Shown: positions 57,460 through 64,000 of the stretch, piece after piece | Layout of the letters: each line of letters opens with the position of its first letter | Position numbering within the stretch: position 1 is the first letter of the stretch | DNA from: an uncultured virus (IMG/VR IMGVR_UViG_3300006204_000270) | Lineage: Duplodnaviria; Heunggongvirae; Uroviricota; Caudoviricetes | Length of the DNA: 64,000 nt | Reading direction: 5' to 3' (one strand) | Virus record (IMG/VR): IMGVR_UViG_3300006204_000270 | Made by a program: the position numbers and the translations under genes | The notes under the pieces: generated by a model | Database searches by the model: none | What the model was told of the DNA's origin: nothing | The model's input: the letters and a program-made list of their open reading frames with translations, nothing else

Positions 57460-58050
57460 TCAAATAACCCCCTTTACCCGGTTGATAATCGCCGTCGCCA
57501 GCTCCGTCTTTGCGTTCTCTGTCTGCTGGATATACTGCTCCACCGTCTCCCGCGCTCCCGCCGGGAGGCTGAATGTCATGGTGAATGTGTCGCGCTCTTT
57601 GCTGTCGCTGTAGCCGGAGAAGTCCTCCTCCATCAGGTCTTTGATGTGGTCGTACTGCATGAGGAGGCTTTGCAGCTCCCAATCCTCAAACCCCGTTACC
57701 TCCATCTCCCCGGCCTCGTCGAGCTGCTGCAAAAGGTCTGCCAGCTTGCCGATGTCCCAGCGGCCCTTAACCTTGTTCAGCAGGACGTTGAGGATTTTCT
57801 CGTCCTTTTCGTCGAGGTCTACGACGACGGCCTCGATGTCCTCCGCGCCCTTTTCCAGCAGCACCTTGAGCCGCTGGTGGCCGCCCACGACGTTCCCGGT
57901 GCGCTCGTTCCAGATGATAGGTTCGATGTAGCCGAACGTCTCAATGCTCCGGCGGAGTTTCTGGTACTCCGCGTCCTCCGGCTGCAAGTCCCGCCGGGGA
58001 TTGTAGGGGGCCGCCCTCAGTTGCGCCGCCTTTAGCGTCCGTATTTCCAT
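57460..58050 (-). CDS. ParB/Srx N-terminal domain protein
   Basis: YNPR, VVGGHQRL, LNKVKGRWD. Confidence 0.85.
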   Translation of the reverse strand: MEIRTLKAAQLRAAPYNPRRDLQPEDAEYQKLRRSIETFGYIEPIIWNERTGNVVGGHQRLKVLLEKGAEDIEAVVVDLDEKDEKILNVLLNKVKGRWDIGKLADLLQQLDEAGEMEVTGFEDWELQSLLMQYDHIKDLMEEDFSGYSDSKERDTFTMTFSLPAGARETVEQYIQQTENAKTELATAIINRVKGVI

Positions 58051-58214
58051 ATTTCCTCTCCTTTCTGTCCCTTTCCGCGTCGGAAATCCCCGTAAAAAAT
58101 CGCCGCCCGATGGAAATTCCCATTAGGCGGCGTTTTCGCTCCGTGATTTTACAGGTTACAGTATAGCACATTTCATAGTGTCCTGTAAATGCCCGGTTTG
58201 TGCCTTTGCCTGTG

Positions 58215-58895
58215 TCACGGGTTTTCAATGCCGCCTACCCCAAAAAACAGGGCCGTCAAATCCGCCACACATACGTCTATGTCCTTGTATACCGTGCGTT
58301 TGTCGATATGTTCTCTCTGGGCGATTGCCTCCGCCGTGGTATAGCTGTCTGCGAGGTAAAGCCCCTCCAACACGCGCCAGTGCCTTGCGTCGTCTGGCCT
58401 GCTCGACCGCTCGCACATGATTTTGTAGCAGTCCAGCATTTTGTTCACATGGGTCATTATGATTTTGGTGGTGGCGTAGCTTTTCTGAATGCTCTCGACG
58501 ATGATCTCCTCGTCTGCCACCCGGCCCATGCTCCGCATGATGTCCCCGAAATCCTCGTCCGCCTCCTCTGCGGCCTCTGTGCTGAACACGGCGTTCTCGT
58601 AGTAGGCGTTGAGCCGCCTGTAATTCCGTAGGAGGAGTTTGGTGTTGTGGTATTTCCAGTCATACTGCTGCTGCCGGATTTTCTTGCGCTCCCGCTCCGC
58701 CGCTTTCACCGCTGCTGCGGCCCCGGTTTCCGCTCCGATTTTGCTGCCAACCTCCGCCCCTATTTTTATTCCTATGGGCAGGGCGAGGTTTATGGCGGCC
58801 TGTATCTTCTCGTCCATGCCCCTTATCCCGGCCTCATGCGCCGCCGCGACCGCCGCCTCAATCAATGCCTGTATGTCCAGCTCGCTTTCGTTCAT
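58215..58895 (-). CDS. Late transcriptional regulator (ArpU/RinA-like position)
   Basis: NTKLLLRNY; C-terminal HTH IA....IDKRTVYKD; last gene before the late operon. Confidence 0.7.
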   Translation of the reverse strand: MNESELDIQALIEAAVAAAHEAGIRGMDEKIQAAINLALPIGIKIGAEVGSKIGAETGAAAAVKAAERERKKIRQQQYDWKYHNTKLLLRNYRRLNAYYENAVFSTEAAEEADEDFGDIMRSMGRVADEEIIVESIQKSYATTKIIMTHVNKMLDCYKIMCERSSRPDDARHWRVLEGLYLADSYTTAEAIAQREHIDKRTVYKDIDVCVADLTALFFGVGGIENP

Positions 58896-59111
58896 AGAGA
58901 TAACTCCCTCCTTTGTTGCTTGGTATGGGAGTTGCCTCCCGCCCTGCCTCAAGGCCAGTCCCAATAGTCTGTGTCGTCCTCGTGCTCCCGCCACTCCGGG
59001 TCGTTTTTCATCTTGTCGATAGCGTTCACCCACGGTATTGCTATCGCTACCGCAATGGCCGTGGATAGCACTATCGCCACAACTATGCCCACACCGCCGC
59101 CCTCCTCTCCT

Positions 59112-59624
59112 CTACAAGAAATGGAGAGTGCCGCCTATGTACCTGACCTTGTACTCCTGCACGTCCTCTAGGGTGATGTATTTCCTGCCGTAATGGTCTT
59201 TCATATCCCGGAAAACCTGCCACGGGATTTTGAAAAACTGCCGAAATCCAAACGACACCATCACAAAGCAGTCCGCGCCCAGCGCCATATGGCGGTCGAG
59301 CTGCTTTTCCTGCTCCTCGCTTACGACGCTGCGCTGTAGCCTGTTGCTGTCCGTGTGCTTTGCCTCGAATACGACGGCCCGGCCCCCGGCCAGCGTCCCC
59401 TTGTAGTCCGGCTGGGCCTGCTTGGTGTAGCAGGCGAGGAATTGCCCTTTGGCGTTCTTCGGGCCGATGGGTTTCATCGGCTCCGGGGTCTTGGTGATCT
59501 CCGCCGCCCCCTTGAGGCGGTAGTGGCGGCAGGAGGCCTCAAGTAGCTCCTCCCACGCGCCGCCCGCCGCCCGGCTCCGCCTGCCTGTCATAACCGCCTT
59601 GAGGTGCTGCTCCCTGTTCGTCAT
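59112..59624 (-). CDS. recU: RecU-like Holliday junction resolvase
   Basis: KTPEP, PDYKG, FEAKHT. Confidence 0.8.
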   Translation of the reverse strand: MTNREQHLKAVMTGRRSRAAGGAWEELLEASCRHYRLKGAAEITKTPEPMKPIGPKNAKGQFLACYTKQAQPDYKGTLAGGRAVVFEAKHTDSNRLQRSVVSEEQEKQLDRHMALGADCFVMVSFGFRQFFKIPWQVFRDMKDHYGRKYITLEDVQEYKVRYIGGTLHFL

Positions 59625-59923
59625 GCCAGCCCCATTTCTGCGGCGAGCTGGGCCACCTTGTAGGCAATGCCGCTCTTAATGCCCTTGCATTTGCCCTCTG
59701 CAAGAGCCGTGAGGAGCGCCTGTACCGCCGAGGTGTTCCCGATAGGGCCAGCCGCCTCCGCGCCAGCCTGCGCCACGCTGGGGACGCTGGCGGCCATTTC
59801 CGGCTCTGCCGCCCGGTGGAACTGCTCGACGAGCTGCCTGTCCGTCATTCTCCGCAGCCGCACAGCCTCCTCGTGAATGGCCTGCTCCGCCGGGGTGCGC
59901 CTACAGTTTTTCTTTTTACTCAT
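59621..59923 (-). CDS. Hypothetical protein
   Basis: 100 aa, coupled start/stop. Confidence 0.6.
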   Translation of the reverse strand: MSKKKNCRRTPAEQAIHEEAVRLRRMTDRQLVEQFHRAAEPEMAASVPSVAQAGAEAAGPIGNTSAVQALLTALAEGKCKGIKSGIAYKVAQLAAEMGLA

Positions 59924-60284
59924 GGTCGTCTCCCTCCAAAATCTTCTTTACTGCTTGGAGTTGTTCGAGGGTGTAGCGGTCGATATTCTCCCGGCTCATT
60001 GCCATTCGCAACAATATTTTCAGCTCCTCTCGTTCGAGGTATTCGCAAACCGCCTTGCTCGATGGAAACAAAAGCCGGGGCGCTCCGTACTCTGTGTGTT
60101 CGACGAGGTAGGGCCTGCTCAAGGAAGTCTCTTTGAACTGACTGCCCCAATTCCCGCTGATGGTGACATACTTCCTTCCAACTTTCACAACCTCTGCTTC
60201 CGTCGTGCCGTATTTGTCTCTCCGGGTGCAACCGTCCCCCATAACGAAAACGGTCTGGCCGACCTTGAAATTCTTAATTGTCAT
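59916..60284 (-). CDS. Hypothetical protein
   Basis: MTIKNFKVGQTV...VVKVGRKYVT. Confidence 0.6.
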   Translation of the reverse strand: MTIKNFKVGQTVFVMGDGCTRRDKYGTTEAEVVKVGRKYVTISGNWGSQFKETSLSRPYLVEHTEYGAPRLLFPSSKAVCEYLEREELKILLRMAMSRENIDRYTLEQLQAVKKILEGDDHE

Positions 60285-60294
60285 GGCAACCTCC

Positions 60295-60654
60295 TCAGTA
60301 TTCCACCCGGCGGAGAATGCTCTCCGGCAAGCTGGGGAACATAGTGCAGAGGAAACTGTACTGCTCCTCCGGCTCCATGCCCTCCGCATAGTCAAGTATG
60401 CCGTCCAGCATGGCCGGGGCCAGTGTGCAGTTGTCGCCGGGGACGTTGTAGTTATCGTAAATCCACTGCCGGAACTCGTCTTTGCTCATGATCTGCTCCT
60501 TTTCCTTGCTCTCTACCGCTTGCAGGATTTTGACCGCCTCCCGCAAGACCTCTGCGTCGTGAACGAAAATGCTGTCCGGGTCGTCTTTCTCGATGAAACT
60601 CTCCCGGTCTAAAATAAGCTCGTTCAGCCCGTCGATAATCTCCTTGAGCGTCAT
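60295..60654 (-). CDS. Hypothetical protein
   Basis: MTLKEIIDGL..., ATGA overlap. Confidence 0.55.
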   Translation of the reverse strand: MTLKEIIDGLNELILDRESFIEKDDPDSIFVHDAEVLREAVKILQAVESKEKEQIMSKDEFRQWIYDNYNVPGDNCTLAPAMLDGILDYAEGMEPEEQYSFLCTMFPSLPESILRRVEY

Positions 60655-61454
60655 ACCTGCTGCGCCCCTTTCTCCCACGGCAGCTCCCGACGCATATTCA
60701 CCTTGCCGACGATGGGCTTGAGGCTGTCTTTCATAAAGACCGACGCGCTGGTGAGGTCTGCCGCCTCGCAGATATTGTCCACCCACGCTTTCTCCGGGGT
60801 GATCTTCCCGGCCCGGTTCCCCGTCTCCGCCCCGATGATGATAAGGCGGTCGCCGCCGAAACTGCCGAGGCCCACGTCCAAGTATTCGTGCAGGGGTTCT
60901 ATGCTCAAAAACGTGTTGAGGCTGATTGTCCCGTTAAATCTCTGGCTGCTCTTGCTGGTGATCGTGCTGCCATACCAGAAATTGTTCCGGCGGGGGAGGA
61001 GGGCCAGCCTGTCAAGCTGGGCATACCTCTGTGGGTTCTTGGTGAGGAACATATATCGGTGCTGCGGGGCCGCCTCGCAAGCGTCCAGCACCTCCACTAT
61101 CCATCGGGTCGGCACCCACGGGCCGAAAAGGTCGGCCATACTGCACACGAAAATGGTCTGCGGCTCCCGGCGGTGCTGCGGTTCGTCCAGCCTATAGCGG
61201 TGGAGTGTCGGCTCAAAGCCAAAGGGGAACGGGGAGTTGACCGTTTTCCCGTTCTGCCGTGTGATGGTGAGGGGCTGGTGAAGTTCGGCGCGGGGGAGCG
61301 GGTTGTGCGTCGTGACGCTCCCGTCGCTGCTGTCGTAGCCTCCAAACCGGGCGGCAATCCGCCGGGCGTAGCAATACTCGCACCCATGCTTGCAACCCGT
61401 GACCGGGTTCCATGTGCTGTCGCACCATTCGATGTTGCTTTTCTGCATTGTCAT
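60651..61454 (-). CDS. Phage Gp37/Gp68 (DUF5131)-like protein
   Basis: IEWCDSTWNPVTGC.HGC.YCYA, FVCSMADLF, FLTKNP, IIGAETG. Confidence 0.85.
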   Translation of the reverse strand: MTMQKSNIEWCDSTWNPVTGCKHGCEYCYARRIAARFGGYDSSDGSVTTHNPLPRAELHQPLTITRQNGKTVNSPFPFGFEPTLHRYRLDEPQHRREPQTIFVCSMADLFGPWVPTRWIVEVLDACEAAPQHRYMFLTKNPQRYAQLDRLALLPRRNNFWYGSTITSKSSQRFNGTISLNTFLSIEPLHEYLDVGLGSFGGDRLIIIGAETGNRAGKITPEKAWVDNICEAADLTSASVFMKDSLKPIVGKVNMRRELPWEKGAQQV

Positions 61455-61939
61455 GGCTCCTTTCTGCTCTGCGGTTTCATAAAGCAGAGCCAATGTGTGC
61501 TGTTGTTCTTCCCACTCCTGTTTCCGAATAGGGGCGGATAGGGGGAGAGGGGAAGTATCTCCCGCAAAGGCACCTGTATCTCCGACCACTTGAAAATCAG
61601 TACCCCGTCGTCGTCCAGAACTCGAAAGCACTCCTCAAACCCCTTTCGGAGCATTTCTTTCCAGTCTCCCTTGAGTACGCCATATTTCATAGCAGTCCAC
61701 GAGCTTTCTCCTGCCCGCTTGAGGTGCGGCGGGTCAAAGACGGCTAATTTGTAAGCGCCGTCCGGGAACGGGAGCGCGGTAAAGTCGCATACCGTGTCTG
61801 GCGAAATCTCGATGTATCGCCCCGGATAATACTCCTGGCGTTCTATCGCCCGCTTGTCGCAAAATTCCACGTCCGGGTTGTCTTTGTCAAACCAGAACAT
61901 TTTGCTGCCGCAAGCTACGTCTATCACCCGCTTTTCCAC
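61451..61939 (-). CDS. SAM-dependent (amino-)DNA methyltransferase
   Basis: DVACGSKMFW, FDPPH, ECFRVL, FKW. Confidence 0.8.
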   Translation of the reverse strand: MEKRVIDVACGSKMFWFDKDNPDVEFCDKRAIERQEYYPGRYIEISPDTVCDFTALPFPDGAYKLAVFDPPHLKRAGESSWTAMKYGVLKGDWKEMLRKGFEECFRVLDDDGVLIFKWSEIQVPLREILPLSPYPPLFGNRSGKNNSTHWLCFMKPQSRKEP

Positions 61940-61955
61940 TCTTTCCCCTCCTTTC

Positions 61956-61979
61956 TCCCCGGAGCTTTCGCTCCGGGGA
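61956..61979 (-). promoter_or_regulatory. DGR hairpin downstream of VR2
   Basis: Perfect 10-bp stem TCCCCGGAGC-GAAA-GCTCCGGGGA. Confidence 0.8.
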
Positions 61980-61995
61980 TTTTCTCGATTTTCGA

Positions 61996-62817
61996 TTAGA
62001 TGTCAAAGCCCGGCGCGAACCCATCCGAGAAGTTGGCGTGGCTGTAGCTGCGGCTGCCGCCGGTACCGACGAGCCTGAAAATGCTCGTGCTCGTCGCATT
62101 GACGGAGCGGAGCCAGTAGGGATACGTCCCATTGTCCCCGCACTCTTTCACCCGGTCGCGCTCCCGCTTGAAGATTTCGAGCTGGAAACTGTCGTCGATG
62201 TCTTTCCAGTAGCCCTCCTCCGAGGGGCCGAACATATCGGTGGCAGAGGGGAGCCAGAGGAGGTCTGCGTACTCCACCGTTTCGCCGTCGATGATTTCCG
62301 CCATCTGGCGCGGCTTGAAGATGGCCCGCCACTCCTGCGCGATATGGGGCAGAATGTCCACGAGGACGTGCGCCCGGCCTTTGCTTTTGAAATAGCCGCC
62401 CTTGTTGGTGGCCTCGTCGTTCATCACAGCCTCGTCCCAGCAGTCTTTGAACACAAACCGGGCCGCGCAACTGTCGCTGTAGCCACAAACCGCCGTAACG
62501 GTTCCACCCGTGTCGAGCGGAATGTCGATTTCATCGAAAGGCTTGATAACCCCGTCCAAGCGGCCCTCCTTGATGGCCGCTCTCAGCGTCTCCGGGGTGA
62601 CTTTGCAGGGGAGAACGCGCCGGGCGTTCATGGTGCCGTCCGGCTCCGGGCGCTGCTGCGTCCGCATTTCACGTCGCCACCGCTGGGCGGCCAGAATGTC
62701 CTCTCCAATTTTGTGCTTGAGGTAGTCGGTAAATGCCGCCCTCTCCTGTGCGATAACCTCCGCGCCGCCATTGACCATAAACTCGATTGCCCCAACCTTG
62801 ATTTTCACCTGTGCCAT
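61996..62817 (-). CDS. DGR target 2: non-structural early-region protein with variable C-terminal domain
   Basis: LWLPS..., YWLRS...GFAPGF; contains VR2. Confidence 0.9.
   Translation of the reverse strand: MAQVKIKVGAIEFMVNGGAEVIAQERAAFTDYLKHKIGEDILAAQRWRREMRTQQRPEPDGTMNARRVLPCKVTPETLRAAIKEGRLDGVIKPFDEIDIPLDTGGTVTAVCGYSDSCAARFVFKDCWDEAVMNDEATNKGGYFKSKGRAHVLVDILPHIAQEWRAIFKPRQMAEIIDGETVEYADLLWLPSATDMFGPSEEGYWKDIDDSFQLEIFKRERDRVKECGDNGTYPYWLRSVNATSTSIFRLVGTGGSRSYSHANFSDGFAPGFDI
62005..62115 (-). repeat. Variable repeat VR2 (remote)
   Basis: 111-bp match to TR 29375-29485 with 14 mismatches, all at TR adenines. Confidence 0.93.
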
Positions 62818-62832
62818 TGCCTTTTCCTCCTG

Positions 62833-63045
62833 TTATTTGTATTCTTTTCCTGTGTCTTTGTCTCTCAATGTAATCCGGCCTACAACCTCAAATCCGGCCA
62901 GTTCCGCCGTCTGTTTCAGAACCGGGATAAGCCTGCCTATCACCGCGAGGCGTTCCGCCTCCTGCTGCTGGCGCTGCTCCCTCTGCATATTGTTGTAAGC
63001 CGTCCCCGCTGTCGGGTCTGGGTAGCCCTCCGAGTTTTTATACAT
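62833..63045 (-). CDS. Small conserved phage protein
   Basis: MYKNSEGYPDPTAG...GFEVVGRITLRDK. Confidence 0.7.
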   Translation of the reverse strand: MYKNSEGYPDPTAGTAYNNMQREQRQQQEAERLAVIGRLIPVLKQTAELAGFEVVGRITLRDKDTGKEYK

Positions 63046-63056
63046 GGCCGTCCTCC

Positions 63057-63734
63057 TCAAGTCGCAGGCTGCAATGCTCCCTGCGCCGCGTCCGTTCCGG
63101 CCTCTTTCGGCGTGGCCGCCAGCCGCTCCGCGAGCCTGTCCAGCTTGTAGTCGGTTTCTTTCTGGATTTCCCTGTCCTTATCGAAAATGATAAGGAGCTG
63201 GGCCAGCATGATAATCACGTCCGCGATCTCCTCGATGATGTTGGCGTGGGCCTGCGCCCGTGAGCCTTGCCCAAACCCGCAGCGCCGTTCTTTACAGAGG
63301 GCCTTTGTCAGCTCGCTCATTTCCTCGATTGCCATATCCACCTGCGCATGGGTGCCGTAGGCGGCGACGGCCTCTTGCAGCACCTCCGGGCGCTTGATGG
63401 CTGGGAGGCCGCTCTCCTCATGCTGTTTCAGCCAACCGCGCACCTCCGCCATTCCCCAGAGGGCCATGTAGAGCGTCGCAAAAACGCCGTCGAGGTCGTC
63501 CGTGCCGTATTGCAGGTCGTCCATGAGGGTGTCGTTCAACTCTTGGTCGCTCAGCCCGGAAATGCGCTCCGGGTCGCCGTGCTTGCCGATGATCTCCCGC
63601 ATGAGGTTGAGGGCAGAGATTTCCCGCTCGAAATCCCTGTACCACGCCTCTTTGTCCTTGATGAATACGAAGTTGTGGGCCAGCTCCCACATACCCATGT
63701 CGCTGGTATCCTCGCAAATCTTTCTCAGCTCCAT
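63057..63734 (-). CDS. Protein with C-terminal MazG-like pyrophosphatase domain
   Basis: AIEEMSEL..AL...EEIADV. Confidence 0.7.
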   Translation of the reverse strand: MELRKICEDTSDMGMWELAHNFVFIKDKEAWYRDFEREISALNLMREIIGKHGDPERISGLSDQELNDTLMDDLQYGTDDLDGVFATLYMALWGMAEVRGWLKQHEESGLPAIKRPEVLQEAVAAYGTHAQVDMAIEEMSELTKALCKERRCGFGQGSRAQAHANIIEEIADVIIMLAQLLIIFDKDREIQKETDYKLDRLAERLAATPKEAGTDAAQGALQPAT

Positions 63735-63744
63735 AGCTGCCTCC

Positions 63745-64000
63745 TTAGTCCGAAATGGTGACGTAGGTGTCCCCGCGCCTGTTCAGCGTCAAGTCTACCG
63801 GGCTGCCGCAGTTCAGGCACGGCCACTCGAATGTGCCGTCCGTGACGTTCGTCCTGTAGTTGAACGTGCTGCCGCATTTGCACTTGAGGTGGAGCGGCTT
63901 GAGGTCGTGCAGCTCCGTCGTGTGGCCGCATTTGCAGGTATTCCGGGTGATGGGGGTCTTGGCACAAAACGCTCTGATTTCCCCGCACTGCTCGCACCTG
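63745..64000 (-). CDS. Cys-rich zinc-ribbon protein, partial
   Basis: CEQCG, CKCG twice, CLNCG read on the minus strand. Confidence 0.55.
   Translation of the reverse strand, partial: RCEQCGEIRAFCAKTPITRNTCKCGHTTELHDLKPLHLKCKCGSTFNYRTNVTDGTFEWPCLNCGSPVDLTLNRRGDTYVTISD

Larger units (their letters stand above)
1..64000. mobile_element. Temperate myovirus prophage/phage DNA (possibly two related genomes in tandem)
   Basis: Integrase, repressor, replication, terminase, portal, capsid, sheath, baseplate and lysis genes; no host housekeeping genes seen. Confidence 0.95.

Noticed and set aside
56890..58050. ParB genes as a plasmid partition system
   Set aside because: No parA, no HTH domain, and the position beside the terminase suggests a modification or packaging role
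1..64000. tRNA/rRNA genes or a third VR
   Set aside because: None seen by eye; tRNAscan-SE and a TR self-BLAST would be needed to exclude them

Overview
The whole window is temperate-phage DNA of a Firmicutes (Clostridia-like) myovirus, almost all on the minus strand. From right to left it carries early genes (58-64 kb), a ParB/ParB/radical-SAM/PLP-enzyme cassette, terminase, portal and head genes, a PBSX/skin-like contractile tail, lysis genes and a repressor-controlled accessory operon. These are followed by an intact attP-like site with a large serine integrase, a cI/cro switch and a replication/methylase region that includes a fused SbcD-SbcC protein. The main finding is a complete diversity-generating retroelement (target-avd-TR-RT, 27.8-31.9 kb) with two targets: the adjacent tail fibre and a non-structural early-region gene about 32.5 kb away (61996-62817). 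Both variable repeats differ from the template only at template adenines (21/21 and 14/14 mismatches by manual alignment), and both are followed by GAAA-loop hairpins. The two ends of the window hold collinear, diverged copies of the same early-gene block about 60-61 kb apart, suggesting two related prophages head-to-tail joined at the attP-like site. Family names come from motif recognition by eye, not from database searches.
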